Shown: positions 1 through 13,890, counted from the first letter of the stretch. The stretch: 64,000 bases of DNA from Escherichia coli (GCF_024298765.1 NZ_CP101210.1), one strand, 5' to 3'. The notes: generated from the sequence alone by a model not told the origin. Numbers and translations are program-made.

Positions 1-188
1 GAAGGTAATGAAAATGCAGCCGTTACTACGGAGAGTACTAAATAACGCTTTAACATGTTTATATCCTTGTCATGTGAATGAGTTTTGAGGATAGCGAAAA
101 AGCGTCCACGGTAACCTTACAGCAGCATTACAATTTTGTAATGAACCAGGCTGTTTCTATAACATATGATTTATGGCATATTATTTTC

Positions 189-860
189 ATGAAGATTTTA
201 CTTATTGAAGATAATCAAAGGACCCAGGAGTGGGTAACGCAGGGGCTTTCCGAAGCGGGTTATGTCATTGATGCCGTTTCTGATGGCAGAGATGGGCTTT
301 ATCTTGCGCTTAAGGATGATTATGCATTGATCATTCTGGATATTATGCTTCCGGGTATGGATGGCTGGCAGATCTTACAAACGTTAAGAACAGCAAAGCA
401 AACTCCGGTTATTTGCCTTACTGCAAGAGATTCTGTCGATGACAGAGTCAGAGGGCTGGACAGTGGGGCAAATGATTATCTGGTAAAACCTTTTTCATTT
501 TCTGAGTTGCTGGCAAGGGTTCGGGCACAATTAAGGCAACATCACACTCTGAATTCAACATTAGAAATCAGTGGCTTAAGAATGGACTCTGTTAGTCAAA
601 GTGTGAGCAGGGACAATATCAGTATTACACTGACGCGCAAGGAGTTTCAGTTACTTTGGCTACTGGCCTCCAGAGCTGGCGAGATTATCCCCAGAACGGT
701 TATTGCGAGTGAAATTTGGGGAATCAACTTTGATAGTGATACCAATACGGTGGACGTCGCCATTCGCAGGCTCCGCGCAAAAGTTGATGATCCTTTTCCT
801 GAAAAGCTAATCGCCACAATCCGGGGGATGGGCTATTCATTCGTAGCGGTAAAAAAATAA
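189..860 (+). CDS. hprR: OmpR-family two-component response regulator HprR (YedW)
   Basis: ORF 78..860; receiver domain starts MKILLIEDNQ at internal ATG 189; matches my recollection of YedW; followed by sensor kinase and hchA as in K-12. The 78..188 extension is judged non-coding. Confidence 0.8.
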   Translation: MKILLIEDNQRTQEWVTQGLSEAGYVIDAVSDGRDGLYLALKDDYALIILDIMLPGMDGWQILQTLRTAKQTPVICLTARDSVDDRVRGLDSGANDYLVKPFSFSELLARVRAQLRQHHTLNSTLEISGLRMDSVSQSVSRDNISITLTRKEFQLLWLLASRAGEIIPRTVIASEIWGINFDSDTNTVDVAIRRLRAKVDDPFPEKLIATIRGMGYSFVAVKK

Positions 861-2218
861 TGAAAAGATTATCTATAACCGTCCGTTTAACCTTGCTTTT
901 TATATTGCTGCTGTCTGTTGCTGGCGCTGGAATTGTATGGACTCTCTATAATGGCCTGGCAAGTGAGTTGAAATGGCGCGATGATACAACACTCATTAAC
1001 CGGACAGCGCAGATCAAGCAGTTGTTAATTGATGGGGTAAATCCAGATACGTTACCTGTGTACTTTAACCGGATGATGGATGTTAGTCAGGATATCTTGA
1101 TCATTCATGGTGATAGCATCAACAAAATTGTTAACCGGACGAATGTCAGTGATGACATGTTAAATAACATATCTGCTACTGAGACAATCAGCGCAGCTGG
1201 CATTTACAGAAGCATTATTAATGATACAGAGATAGATGCTTTACGAATTAATATTGATGAAGTTTCGCCATCATTAACGGTTACTGTGGCTAAATTGGCT
1301 TCAGCCAGACATAACATGCTTGAACAGTATAAAATTAATAGCATTATAATTTGCATTGTCGCCATTGTACTTTGCTCAGTATTAAGTCCGCTGTTAATCA
1401 GAACGGGATTACGAGAGATCAAAAAGTTGAGTGGTGTAACGGAAGCGCTGAATTATAACGATAGCCGGGAGCCTGTTGAGGTTAGCGCATTACCGAGAGA
1501 ACTAAAACCTCTTGGGCAGGCGTTGAATAAAATGCATCATGCTTTAGTCAAAGATTTTGAGCGTCTAAGTCAGTTTGCTGACGATCTCGCTCATGAACTT
1601 AGAACGCCCATTAATGCATTACTGGGTCAGAATCAGGTTGCGCTCAGTCAAACCAGAAGTATCGCTGAATATCAAAAAACAATTGCCGGTAACATTGAAG
1701 AGCTGGAAAATATTTCGCGGTTAACAGAGAACATACTGTTTCTTGCCCGGGCAGATAAAAACAATGTTTTGGTGAAACTGGACTCACTTTTTCTCAATAA
1801 GGAAGTCGAAAATTTGTTGGATTATCTTGAATACCTTTCAGACGAGAAAGAGATTTGCTTTAAGGTCGAGTGCAATCAGCAAATCTTTGCGGATAAAATT
1901 TTACTGCAACGAATGTTATCGAATCTTATTGTTAATGCCATTAGATATTCACCAGAAAAATCGCGCATTCATATAACCAGTTTTCTTGATACCAACGGCT
2001 ATCTTAATATTGATATCGCCAGTCCTGGAACGAAAATTAATGAGCCTGAAAAACTCTTCCGTAGATTTTGGCGGGGAGATAATTCGCGTCATTCCGAAGG
2101 TCAGGGACTTGGTCTTTCTTTAGTCAAAGCGATTGCCGAATTGCATGGGGGAAGTGCTACGTATCACTATTTTAATAAGCATAATGTGTTCCGAATTACG
2201 TTACCGCAAAGAAATTAA
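860..2218 (+). CDS. hprS: sensor histidine kinase HprS (YedV)
   Basis: 452-aa ORF with N-terminal TM segments, H-box (ELRTPIN) and HATPase motifs; start overlaps the regulator stop (ATGA). Confidence 0.8.
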   Translation: MKRLSITVRLTLLFILLLSVAGAGIVWTLYNGLASELKWRDDTTLINRTAQIKQLLIDGVNPDTLPVYFNRMMDVSQDILIIHGDSINKIVNRTNVSDDMLNNISATETISAAGIYRSIINDTEIDALRINIDEVSPSLTVTVAKLASARHNMLEQYKINSIIICIVAIVLCSVLSPLLIRTGLREIKKLSGVTEALNYNDSREPVEVSALPRELKPLGQALNKMHHALVKDFERLSQFADDLAHELRTPINALLGQNQVALSQTRSIAEYQKTIAGNIEELENISRLTENILFLARADKNNVLVKLDSLFLNKEVENLLDYLEYLSDEKEICFKVECNQQIFADKILLQRMLSNLIVNAIRYSPEKSRIHITSFLDTNGYLNIDIASPGTKINEPEKLFRRFWRGDNSRHSEGQGLGLSLVKAIAELHGGSATYHYFNKHNVFRITLPQRN

Positions 2219-2251
2219 CATAGGGCTTCAGTACGCCATAAATCAACCATG

Positions 2252-2289
2252 AAAAAACGCAGCCACGTCGTGAGTATTAACGTGGCTGC
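2252..2289 (-). terminator. putative rho-independent terminator of hchA
   Basis: Inverted repeat gcagccacg...cgtggctgc with a T-run on the minus strand, just downstream of the hchA stop. Confidence 0.45.
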
Positions 2290-2325
2290 GATTGATTATG
2301 CGCTTACATTCATACGTAACAGGGA

Positions 2326-3177
2326 TTAACCCGCATAAGCTGCCAGTATTTCCTGCGCCGCCAGTTTACCCAACGCATTCGCTGCGAAAGGACTGTCGCC
2401 GGTGAGAACTTTACGGTCCTTATGTACTCGCCCGGTGATGTCGTCATTAATAATGTTCATGCCCATTTTCTTCAGCTCTTCGCCGAAGTACCAGGTGAGA
2501 TGACCCGGCATATAGCCTATCTCTGGCGTTTGTTTGTCTGCGGCGTCTGGGAATGCGCAAATGGAATAACCATTCAGTGGGTTATCGCCGTGGCGAAGCG
2601 CCAGAAAAGCCGACGGGCCGTGGCAAAGGGAGATAACAAAACGGTCATTTTTGATTGCCCACTGCAAAGCAGCAGCCACGTCCTGGCTTTCTGGTAAACC
2701 AATAAGTGCGCCATGACCACCAGGAACAAAGATTGCTGCATATTCGCTGTCTGCGTTGAGGCTGACGACAACATCCGCGAGTTTTTTCGGATTGCGGAAC
2801 AACGATTTATGCTGCTCAAAGAATGGCATTACTTTTTCATCTTTGTGCGGCATAGCCCAGTATTCAAACTTGGTCATCAGACCGGAAATGGTCGCCACTT
2901 CGAATTCGAAACCTGCAGCATGGAGATGATACAACGGCAGCAACGTTTCAATCGGATGGTTACCGGTCGAGAACAGTTTTCCGTTATCGGTCGGCAAATA
3001 ACGTTCGTCCGCGGCGATCACCAGAATTTTATGTTTACCGCGATACGGTTTTGGATAGTCCACGCCATCAAGATCAGAGACAGGACTGGTATATTGGCTA
3101 AGCGAATATTCTGAAGGGAAGAATGCATTATCTTCAGCAATATCGACCTGCGGATTTTTACTTGTTTGAACAGTCAT
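2326..3177 (-). CDS. hchA: Hsp31 glyoxalase III / chaperone HchA (DJ-1/PfpI family)
   Basis: 283-aa ORF; matches remembered HchA including the Cys-containing motif (ISLCHGP); K-12-like context. Confidence 0.9.
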   Translation of the reverse strand: MTVQTSKNPQVDIAEDNAFFPSEYSLSQYTSPVSDLDGVDYPKPYRGKHKILVIAADERYLPTDNGKLFSTGNHPIETLLPLYHLHAAGFEFEVATISGLMTKFEYWAMPHKDEKVMPFFEQHKSLFRNPKKLADVVVSLNADSEYAAIFVPGGHGALIGLPESQDVAAALQWAIKNDRFVISLCHGPSAFLALRHGDNPLNGYSICAFPDAADKQTPEIGYMPGHLTWYFGEELKKMGMNIINDDITGRVHKDRKVLTGDSPFAANALGKLAAQEILAAYAG

Positions 3178-3686
3178 AGTGTATTCCTTATTGTTGCTTA
3201 GTTAGGGTAGTCACTATATTTGCGACTGAGCTGGTCGCTATTTTTAACCAGTCTGGAAAATTGAGTCAATATATCGAAAGCGGTAGTCTGCGGGTGTAAG
3301 TATGTAATGATGATGCTGCACTGGTGTTGAATATTATTCACGCCAAATTTTCCTTATTGAGCAACGTCGTCGCAAGTGGCCTCAATGATTTTAGACCATT
3401 ATCAGAGATGCGGGGCGGAGGGAAGAGATTTAGTGCTGTGGAATATTGTGGTGCTGATCAATATTTATATCCCGGATTGGTAGAGAAAAAGCTTATTTCA
3501 TGCACTATTTTTGCAAATATTTCTATATGGGAGGCGTGTTTGTTGCGGATTAATACATAAAGAAATGTATTTGGAGTGTTGGCTGGAAGAGTAGCTGGTA
3601 GAGATATTGTGCCAGGAGGGGCAGGGTAAGGTGCTGTATCGATATGCTTTGGCAATTGCGTGTGCCGCAGATGGAGATGAAATGCC

Positions 3687-3724
3687 AATAAAAAAGCCTG
3701 AGTTCGATGAGGGACGAACTCAGG
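3687..3724 (-). terminator. putative rho-independent terminator of the porin gene
   Basis: Hairpin gcctgagttcg/cgaactcaggc followed on the minus strand by a T-run (plus-strand aataaaaaa). Confidence 0.5.
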
Positions 3725-3768
3725 CTAGTGTTATGTTTTACAGTAACACGCCGCGGCGCGTTGGCTGA

Positions 3769-4827
3769 TTAGAACTGGTAGACGATACCAAATGCGAGTT
3801 GGTCGTCGGTGTTCAGTCCATGAGCGAGAACATAATCACTCTTATCAAGCAGGTTGATCTGATAAGCGGTATATACGTTCATGTTCTTATTGAAGTAATA
3901 CCAGGTACCGATTTCAATGTAGTTCAGACGATCAGAATCTTTGTAACCTGCTACGTCCAGTGCTTTAGAATAGGAGTAACCGATGGATGGACGCAGACCG
4001 AAGTCGAACTGATATTGCAGAACAGCTTCGAAGTTTTGTGTTTTGTTCACAACATCACCGTCGTCGGAATTCATGTTGTGAGATTCACCGTACATCACAG
4101 CAGCATAGACGTTGTTGGGATCATATTTTGTTGACAGTGCCCAAACTTCTGCTTTTTCACCTTTACTATCACTAGACTGGAAATCAGTACGGTCAGAGTT
4201 TGCGTAAGCACCAGTAAATGAGAAACCGTCAATAGTGTAAGTTACAGATAAACCATGGCCATCGCCATTTGCTTTGTAGTTGCCTGTACCTTCATTTTTA
4301 CCCTGATATTGCAGAGCAAAATTTAGACCTTCAACCATGCCAAAGAAATCTGTGTTACGATAGGTTGCAACACCGTTGGTACGGTTGGTCATGAACAGGT
4401 CAGTACCAGCCCATGAATCACCGCCCCACTCAACAAACATATCAGTAAATGCTTCTGCATCATACGCGACACCGACATTACGACCATAGTCGAATGAACC
4501 AAAATCTTTGTAACTCAAACCAGCATAAGCCAAACGAGTTTGGTCAGGGTTGTGTCTGTTTGATGCTTCCAGGTCTAGTTCAAACTGACCGTAACCAGTC
4601 AATTCAGGGTTGATCTGAGTTTCACCTTTCACGCCTACACGGGCATAAGAGGTATCTTGAGAATTATCGCCTTTTTCACCATTTTCACGGTCGGTCAGAA
4701 TGCGCTCACCAACCATCTTGCCGTACAGATCCAGTTTATTGCCATCTTTATTATAAATTTCAGCCGCATTTGCTGCGCCAGCAACTAATAACGCCGGGAC
4801 CAGCATTGCCAGAACTTTTCTTTTCAT
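3769..4827 (-). CDS. yedS: OmpC/OmpF-family outer membrane porin (YedS-type), apparently intact
   Basis: ORF 3769..4896; signal peptide MKRKVLAMLVPALLVAGAANA from internal ATG 4827; porin beta-barrel ending in C-terminal F; occupies the yedS position next to hchA. Confidence 0.8.
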   Translation of the reverse strand: MKRKVLAMLVPALLVAGAANAAEIYNKDGNKLDLYGKMVGERILTDRENGEKGDNSQDTSYARVGVKGETQINPELTGYGQFELDLEASNRHNPDQTRLAYAGLSYKDFGSFDYGRNVGVAYDAEAFTDMFVEWGGDSWAGTDLFMTNRTNGVATYRNTDFFGMVEGLNFALQYQGKNEGTGNYKANGDGHGLSVTYTIDGFSFTGAYANSDRTDFQSSDSKGEKAEVWALSTKYDPNNVYAAVMYGESHNMNSDDGDVVNKTQNFEAVLQYQFDFGLRPSIGYSYSKALDVAGYKDSDRLNYIEIGTWYYFNKNMNVYTAYQINLLDKSDYVLAHGLNTDDQLAFGIVYQF

Positions 4828-5399
4828 TATGTATTCCCTTGTGATTATAATCTTCATGAATATATCAATAAGTGCCGTTATCCAAAAAAAGCACATTTGG
4901 ATACTATTCTATGAAGTTCATTTTATTTTAAAGATTACATGCAACAAATATATTTAAAAGATTTCAAAATGTTTCTAATCTATTTAATATAATTCAGAAT
5001 TATGAATTCTAAACATAAGTATTCATGAAAATTATCAATTCATATCAATATATTATGAGTTTAGCGGAAAGATAGGGGGTATCAATGATTGATGCGCTAA
5101 ACGGCTGGTGTGATCACGCGCACATTAATGAAGGCATAAAAAAGCCGGCATCATGCCGGCCCAAAAAATATAAACAAGACGATAAAAGGCTAATAACGGA
5201 GGCATCATGACACAGAAAAATAAAAAGGTATAATTGTATTCAGTGCTAATATATTGATTAAATGAATTAATAAAGCCGATATCAAAGATAAATAAAATCG
5301 CTCAAAACGATTTTTCCTGTATTCACTGCCGTTGCGCAAAATTTATCTATTTTTTCAAAAAATGATTGAGTCTTGACTGGCTCATTCAATGTGGAAAAA

Positions 5400-5415
5400 T
5401 GTGACTTTTATCACA
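5400..5415. promoter_or_regulatory. consensus-like CRP binding site (TGTGA-N6-TCACA)
   Basis: Sequence tgtgacttttatcaca is a perfect match to the CRP half-sites; lies about 145 bp upstream of the small ORF at 5559. Confidence 0.4.
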
Positions 5416-5558
5416 TAATAGTACTAAGTCTGAATTTTCCGGGTTATCTCAAAATGGAATACGGTTCGACAAAGATGGAAGAGAGGCTCTCTCGCAGCCC
5501 TGGTGGCAAACTGGCTTTGTGAGCTTTCTATACATGGTGTGGCTATTTCGTCTGGGCA

Positions 5559-5756
5559 ATGGCGCGTTACATCTGGGTGATGAGCCGGATCCCCGATGCC
5601 CCCGTGTCGGGATTTGAAAGCGATTTAGGCTCTACCGCGGGAAAGTGGTTAGGGGCACTGGTCGGATTTTTATTTATGGCTCTGGTCGGGGCATTGTTAG
5701 GCAGCATTGCCTGGTACACCCGACCTCGTCCCGCACGTAGCAGACGCTATGAATAA
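5559..5756 (+). CDS. small inner-membrane protein (possibly YedR-like)
   Basis: 65-aa ORF with one hydrophobic helix (WLGALVGFLFMALVGALLGSIAW); in-frame stop at 5520-5522 prevents upstream extension; sits at the yedR position of K-12. Confidence 0.45.
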   Translation: MARYIWVMSRIPDAPVSGFESDLGSTAGKWLGALVGFLFMALVGALLGSIAWYTRPRPARSRRYE

Positions 5757-5795
5757 AAACTGCTAAGGTGGCGACTCTTTGGCAACGGAGCGCGT

Positions 5796-6491
5796 ATGGA
5801 CTTACAACACTGGCAGACACAGTTCGAAAACTGGTTGAAAAACCATCATCAGCACCAGGACGCGGCCCATGACGTGTATCATTTTCGCCGCGTCTGGGCT
5901 ACGGCACAGAAGCTGGCGGCAGATGATGACGTCGATATGCTGGTGATTTTAACCGCCTGTTATTTCCACGATATTGTGAGCCTGGCGAAAAATCATCCGC
6001 AACGGCAGCGTTCTTCAATCCTGGCGGCAGAAGAGACGCGTCGCCTGCTCCGTGAAGAGTTCGAGCAATTTCCGGCGGAGAAAATCGAGGCCGTTTGTCA
6101 TGCCATTGCCGCTCACAGTTTCAGCGCGCAAATCGCCCCCTTAACAACGGAAGCTAAAATCGTCCAGGATGCGGATCGGCTGGAAGCCCTGGGGGCGATT
6201 GGCCTGGCGCGCGTGTTTGCCGTTTCAGGGGCATTGGGCGTGGCGCTGTTTGATGGCGAAGATCCGTTCGCACAGTATCGCCCGCTTGATGATAAACGCT
6301 ACGCGCTGGATCATTTCCAGACTAAGTTGCTGAAGCTACCGCAAACCATGCAAACCGTAAGAGGCAAGCAGCTGGCGCAGCACAACGCGCAATTTTTAGT
6401 CGAGTTTATGGCGAAGCTCAGTGCCGAACTGGCGGGGGAGAATGAAGGTGTCGATCACAAGGTGATAGATGCGTTTTCACCTGCGGGCTGA
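5796..6491 (+). CDS. yedJ: HD-domain phosphohydrolase YedJ
   Basis: 231-aa ORF with HD motif region (HDVYHFRRV...YFHDIV); position between yedR and dcm. Confidence 0.8.
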   Translation: MDLQHWQTQFENWLKNHHQHQDAAHDVYHFRRVWATAQKLAADDDVDMLVILTACYFHDIVSLAKNHPQRQRSSILAAEETRRLLREEFEQFPAEKIEAVCHAIAAHSFSAQIAPLTTEAKIVQDADRLEALGAIGLARVFAVSGALGVALFDGEDPFAQYRPLDDKRYALDHFQTKLLKLPQTMQTVRGKQLAQHNAQFLVEFMAKLSAELAGENEGVDHKVIDAFSPAG

Positions 6492-6557
6492 GCGCGTGGC
6501 CCTAAATGGCTGTAATTATGTTAACCTGTCGGCCATCTCAGATGGCCGGTTAAATCT

Positions 6558-7976
6558 ATGCAGGAAAATATATCAGTAACCGATTCATACAGCACCGGGA
6601 ATGCCGCACAGGCAATGCTGGAGAAACTGCTGCAAATTTATGATGTTAAAACGCTGGTGGCGCAGCTTAATGGTGTGGGTGAGAATCACTGGAGCGCGGC
6701 AATTTTAAAACGTGCGCTGGCGAATGACTCGGCATGGCACCGTTTAAGTGAGAAAGAGTTCGCCCATCTGCAAACGTTGTTACCCAAACCACCGGCACAT
6801 CATCCGCATTATGCGTTTCGCTTTATCGATCTATTTGCCGGAATTGGCGGTATCCGTCGCGGTTTTGAATCGATTGGCGGACAATGCGTGTTTACCAGCG
6901 AATGGAACAAACATGCGGTACGCACTTATAAAGCCAACCATTATTGCGACCCGGCGACGCATCATTTTAATGAAGATATCCGCGACATAACCCTCAGCCA
7001 TAAAGAAGGTGTGAGTGATGAGGCGGCGGCGGAACATATTCGTCAACACATTCCTGAACACGATGTTTTACTGGCCGGTTTCCCTTGTCAGCCATTTTCG
7101 CTGGCTGGCGTATCGAAAAAGAACTCGCTCGGGCGGGCGCACGGTTTTGCCTGCGATACTCAGGGCACGCTGTTCTTTGATGTGGTGCGCATTATCGACG
7201 CGCGTCGTCCGGCGATGTTTGTGCTCGAAAACGTCAAAAACCTGAAAAGCCACGACCAGGGTAAAACGTTCCGCATCATCATGCAGACGCTGGACGAACT
7301 GGGCTATGACGTGGCTGATGCAGAAGATAACGGGCCGGACGATCCGAAAATCATCGATGGTAAACATTTTCTGCCGCAGCACCGTGAACGCATCGTGCTG
7401 GTGGGTTTTCGTCGCGATCTTAATCTGAAAGCCGATTTTACTCTGCGTGATATCAGCGGATGTTTCCCTGCGCAGCGAGTGACGCTGGCGCAGCTGCTGG
7501 ATCCGATGGTCGAGGCGAAATATATCCTGACGCCGGTACTGTGGAAGTACCTCTATCGATATGCGAAAAAACATCAGGCGCGCGGTAACGGCTTCGGTTA
7601 TGGAATGGTTTATCCGAACAATCCGCAAAGCGTCACCCGTACGCTGTCTGCGCGTTATTACAAAGATGGCGCGGAAATTTTAATCGATCGCGGATGGGAT
7701 ATGGCCACGGGTGAAAAAGACTTTGACGATCCGCTGAATCAGCAACATCGTCCACGTCGGTTAACGCCTCGGGAATGCGCGCGCTTAATGGGTTTTGAAG
7801 CGCCGGGAGAAGCGAAATTCCGCATTCCGGTTTCGGACACTCAGGCCTATCGCCAGTTCGGTAACTCGGTGGTCGTGCCGGTCTTTGCCGCGGTGGCAAA
7901 ACTGCTTGAGCCAAAAATCAAACAGGCGGTGGCGTTGCGTCAGCAAGAGGCACAACATGGCCGACGTTCACGATAA
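6558..7976 (+). CDS. dcm: DNA cytosine-5 methyltransferase Dcm
   Basis: 472-aa ORF with m5C-MTase motifs (FAGIGG, ENV, PCQPFS, QFGNSV); 3' end overlaps vsr. Confidence 0.9.
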   Translation: MQENISVTDSYSTGNAAQAMLEKLLQIYDVKTLVAQLNGVGENHWSAAILKRALANDSAWHRLSEKEFAHLQTLLPKPPAHHPHYAFRFIDLFAGIGGIRRGFESIGGQCVFTSEWNKHAVRTYKANHYCDPATHHFNEDIRDITLSHKEGVSDEAAAEHIRQHIPEHDVLLAGFPCQPFSLAGVSKKNSLGRAHGFACDTQGTLFFDVVRIIDARRPAMFVLENVKNLKSHDQGKTFRIIMQTLDELGYDVADAEDNGPDDPKIIDGKHFLPQHRERIVLVGFRRDLNLKADFTLRDISGCFPAQRVTLAQLLDPMVEAKYILTPVLWKYLYRYAKKHQARGNGFGYGMVYPNNPQSVTRTLSARYYKDGAEILIDRGWDMATGEKDFDDPLNQQHRPRRLTPRECARLMGFEAPGEAKFRIPVSDTQAYRQFGNSVVVPVFAAVAKLLEPKIKQAVALRQQEAQHGRRSR

Positions 7977-8427
7977 GGCCACTCGCAGCAAAAATATGCG
8001 CGCGATTGCCACGCGTGATACGGCGATAGAGAAGCGCCTCGCCAGTCTGTTAACCGGGCAGGGCCTGGCATTTCGCGTTCAGGACGCCAGTCTGCCCGGA
8101 CGTCCGGATTTTGTCGTTGATGAATATCGTTGCGTGATATTTACCCACGGCTGCTTCTGGCACCATCATCACTGCTATCTGTTTAAAGTGCCTGCGACTC
8201 GAACTGAGTTCTGGCTGGAGAAGATAGGTAAAAATGTTGAGCGCGATCGCCGCGATATCAGTCGCTTGCAGGAGCTCGGCTGGCGCGTACTGATTGTCTG
8301 GGAGTGTGCGTTACGTGGGCGCGAGAAGCTGACGGATGAAGCGCTTATCGAGCGTCTGGAAGAGTGGATCTGCGGCGAAGGTGCCAGCGCGCAGATCGAC
8401 ACGCAGGGGATTCATTTACTCGCTTGA
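7957..8427 (+). CDS. vsr: very-short-patch repair endonuclease Vsr
   Basis: Starts [17 protein letters not shown] at ATG 7957 inside the dcm 3' end in another frame (classic dcm-vsr overlap); 156 aa. Confidence 0.9.
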   Translation: MADVHDKATRSKNMRAIATRDTAIEKRLASLLTGQGLAFRVQDASLPGRPDFVVDEYRCVIFTHGCFWHHHHCYLFKVPATRTEFWLEKIGKNVERDRRDISRLQELGWRVLIVWECALRGREKLTDEALIERLEEWICGEGASAQIDTQGIHLLA

Positions 8428-9336
8428 TGCGTCCTGAATAACTGGCGCAACTACGGGTTTTGCCGGAAAGAGATATTTTCCCAACGTGACCAGTACCACC
8501 GCGAAGACAATTACGCCGAGCGCCAGCCATTCAATCTTCGACAGCGTTTCTCCGCCCAGTCCCGTACCCAGCAAGACCGCGACCACCGGGTTAACGTAGG
8601 CGTAGCTGGTGGCGAGAGCCGGACTGACGTTGCGGATTAAATACATATAAGCGTTAATGGCGATAATCGAACCAAACAGCGCCAGATAGCCGACCGCAAG
8701 GAAGCCTGAAAGGGAAGGGAGTGCCGTCAGTTTTTCACCTGCAATCATCGACGCGATCATTAACACCACGCCTGCCGCCAGCATCTCAATCGCACCCGCC
8801 ATCATCCCTACAGGTAAGGTAATGCGCGAGCCATAAACCGAGCCAAACGCCCAGCTAATCGAGCCGATTAAAATCAGAATCGCGCCCCACGGATTGCCGC
8901 TTAAATTTCCACCGCTATTGAGCATGATGATTCCGGCAAGCCCAATGGCGATACCCACCCATTCCAGTTTGCGCGTTTTAATGCCAAACAGGCGGCTGAA
9001 GCACAGGGTAAAGAGGGGCACGGTTGCAACCACAACGGCGGCGATGCCGGAAGGAACATTTTGATGCTCGGCAACCGTCACCATGCCATTACCGACAGCC
9101 AGCAATAACAGGCCAATCACCGCGGCATTGAGCAGCGGACGTAGCGGGGGGAGTTTGTGTCCGCGCAGTAGCAAAAATGCCAGCAATAAAATACCGGCTG
9201 CCAGGAATCGAACGCCCGCCATCATTAACGGAGGCCAGCTTTCCACGCCAATCCGAATGACAAAATAGGTTGAGCCCCAAATGATATACAACGCAAACAG
9301 CGCGCCAAAAAGCGGTAACAACTGGCGGAAACGCAT
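8416..9336 (-). CDS. yedA: EamA/DMT-family transporter YedA
   Basis: 306-aa polytopic membrane ORF; conserved position after vsr. Confidence 0.8.
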   Translation of the reverse strand: MRFRQLLPLFGALFALYIIWGSTYFVIRIGVESWPPLMMAGVRFLAAGILLLAFLLLRGHKLPPLRPLLNAAVIGLLLLAVGNGMVTVAEHQNVPSGIAAVVVATVPLFTLCFSRLFGIKTRKLEWVGIAIGLAGIIMLNSGGNLSGNPWGAILILIGSISWAFGSVYGSRITLPVGMMAGAIEMLAAGVVLMIASMIAGEKLTALPSLSGFLAVGYLALFGSIIAINAYMYLIRNVSPALATSYAYVNPVVAVLLGTGLGGETLSKIEWLALGVIVFAVVLVTLGKYLFPAKPVVAPVIQDASSE

Positions 9337-9508
9337 AATCCCTCACGGTGGAAATAAAAAGGTGGTTCATAGTAAACGTGAAAATCATTCTGCTGGCGAG
9401 AGATATAATTGCACTTGATTGTTAAAAAAATGTTGACCTGTGAAGCAAGTATCAGAGCTGCCGTTTTTGCTTCATACTTACACCCTTCAACAATAAAAAT
9501 GAGAGGGA

Positions 9509-10426
9509 ATGCTTTTGGCCGGGAGTAGTTTACTGACGTTGCTCGATGATATCGCCACACTACTGGACGATATCTCCGTGATGGGCAAACTGGCGGCGAA
9601 GAAAACCGCCGGTGTATTAGGGGATGACTTATCGCTCAATGCGCAACAAGTTTCAGGCGTGCGGGCCAACCGGGAACTTCCCGTGGTCTGGGGCGTGGCG
9701 AAAGGATCGCTGATTAATAAAGTGATTCTGGTGCCGCTGGCGCTGATCATCAGTGCGTTTATCCCGTGGGCGATTACGCCTCTGTTGATGATTGGTGGCG
9801 CGTTTCTCTGCTTTGAAGGAGTAGAGAAAGTGCTGCATATGCTGGAGGCGCGTAAACATAAAGAAGATCCGGCGCAGAGCCAGCAGCGTCTGGAGAAGCT
9901 GGCGGCGCAGGATCCGCTGAAGTTTGAAAAGGACAAAATAAAAGGGGCGATTCGTACCGATTTTATATTGTCTGCCGAAATCGTCGCCATCACGCTGGGG
10001 ATTGTGGCCGAAGCGCCGTTGCTTAATCAGGTGCTGGTGCTTTCAGGCATCGCGCTGGTAGTGACCGTGGGCGTCTACGGTCTGGTAGGGGTTATCGTTA
10101 AGATTGATGACCTGGGGTATTGGCTGGCGGAAAAATCCAGCGCGCTGATGCAGGCATTAGGTAAAGGGTTATTGATCATTGCGCCCTGGTTGATGAAGGC
10201 GTTATCGATTGTCGGCACGCTGGCGATGTTCCTCGTCGGCGGCGGTATTGTGGTACATGGTATTGCGCCGCTGCATCACGCCATTGAACATTTCGCCGGG
10301 CAGCAAAGTGCAGTGGTGGCGATGATATTACCGACTGTTTTAAATCTGATTCTTGGATTTATCATCGGCGGCATCGTGGTGCTGGGAGTGAAAGCCGTAG
10401 CGAAAATGCGCGGTCAGGCACATTAA
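9509..10426 (+). CDS. yedI: inner membrane protein YedI (DUF808)
   Basis: 305-aa membrane ORF divergent from yedA. Confidence 0.75.
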   Translation: MLLAGSSLLTLLDDIATLLDDISVMGKLAAKKTAGVLGDDLSLNAQQVSGVRANRELPVVWGVAKGSLINKVILVPLALIISAFIPWAITPLLMIGGAFLCFEGVEKVLHMLEARKHKEDPAQSQQRLEKLAAQDPLKFEKDKIKGAIRTDFILSAEIVAITLGIVAEAPLLNQVLVLSGIALVVTVGVYGLVGVIVKIDDLGYWLAEKSSALMQALGKGLLIIAPWLMKALSIVGTLAMFLVGGGIVVHGIAPLHHAIEHFAGQQSAVVAMILPTVLNLILGFIIGGIVVLGVKAVAKMRGQAH

Positions 10427-10504
10427 TACTCGCACAGGCTATTATGCAAAATTCGCCATCTTCAACTAAGGTGAACAAGTTTCACTCGAAAAAAGGAGGC
10501 GAGT

Positions 10505-10687
10505 ATGAGCTTTATGGTTAGTGAGGAAGTTACGGTTAAAGAGGGCGGCCCGCGGATGATTGTCACTGGATACTCCAGCGGTATGGTTGAGTGTCGTTGG
10601 TATGACGGTTACGGGGTCAAGCGGGAAGCTTTTCATGAAACCGAGCTTGTTCCGGGGGAGGGGAGTCGTTCTGCGGAAGAAGTTTGA
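10505..10687 (+). CDS. yodC: small protein YodC (DUF2158)
   Basis: 60-aa ORF MSFMVSEEVTVKEGGPRMIVTGY... with an RBS (aggaggcgagt) upstream. Confidence 0.7.
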   Translation: MSFMVSEEVTVKEGGPRMIVTGYSSGMVECRWYDGYGVKREAFHETELVPGEGSRSAEEV

Positions 10688-10857
10688 AAGGGTATCATTA
10701 ACACCAGGCCGGATCACTTCCGGCCTGGTGTGCCAATGCCTGCAATGAATGATAGTCGCGTCTTATCATGCCACCATTATAAAATTATCGCTGTTTTGCG
10801 GTACGCTATCGCCAGGTTATGCCAGAATCATAAAAAAGCAGGTGGGGAGTCGTCAGG

Positions 10858-13382
<2,525 letters not shown>

Positions 13383-13562
13383 TTACCAGGATGATTCTCA
13401 AAACAGCACAAATTATCAAAGATGATTTTGTTCGGGAGCGATCCCGCTGACGCCAGAGCCACCAAGGGGTGACGTGCGTCACATTTCTATTCATAAGTAG
13501 CGTTAATCATTCATATAGCGAATATTTTCTTGTCAGCGAAAAAAATTGCGGATAAGGTGATG

Positions 13563-13649
13563 AACACATCAGATTTCCTGGTGTAACGAATTTTTTAAGT
13601 GCTTCTTGCTTAAGCAAGTTTCATCCCGACCCCCTCAGGGTCGGGATTT
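13563..13649 (+). ncRNA. dsrA: DsrA small regulatory RNA
   Basis: Sequence aacacatcagatttcctggtgtaacgaattttttaagtgcttcttgcttaagcaagtttcatcccgaccccctcagggtcgggattt matches remembered DsrA (87 nt) with its terminal hairpin and U-run. Confidence 0.9.
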
Positions 13650-13662
13650 TTTTATTGTGCAT

Positions 13663-13890
13663 TCAACGATTCACCTCAGAGACGCTGAAGTCATGAATAT
13701 CCAGTTCGAAGGCATCCGCCAATTCACGCCATGTATGATATTCACGTCCATCGACGCTAACGTGTTCAGAATCGTTCTGGCTGCGATGAACTTCGCTTTC
13801 GCTAATTTCATTGATCGCCGCCAGCAGGGCATCGACATCGACGCTGACCTCACGTTTTGCGGTATCGCTGTACTCTTTTGCGGTTTTCAT
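13663..13890 (-). CDS. yodD: stress-induced small protein YodD
   Basis: ORF 13663..13905; MKTAKEYSDTAKREV... from internal ATG 13890 (75 aa). Confidence 0.7.
   Translation of the reverse strand: MKTAKEYSDTAKREVSVDVDALLAAINEISESEVHRSQNDSEHVSVDGREYHTWRELADAFELDIHDFSVSEVNR

Noticed and set aside
78..188. N-terminal extension of the response-regulator ORF (start at 78)
   Set aside because: The receiver domain begins at the internal ATG 189 (MKILLIEDN); the extension has no conserved content and no convincing RBS.
1..2218. Alternative identity CusR/CusS for the two-component pair
   Set aside because: The sequence fits my recollection of YedW/YedV (HprR/HprS) better, and the neighbour is hchA, not the cusCFBA operon.
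10703..10730. GC-rich inverted repeat after yodC as a terminator
   Set aside because: Hairpin present (caccaggccgg...ccggcctggtg) but no adjacent U-run on either strand; could be a REP-like element or a weak terminator; not called.
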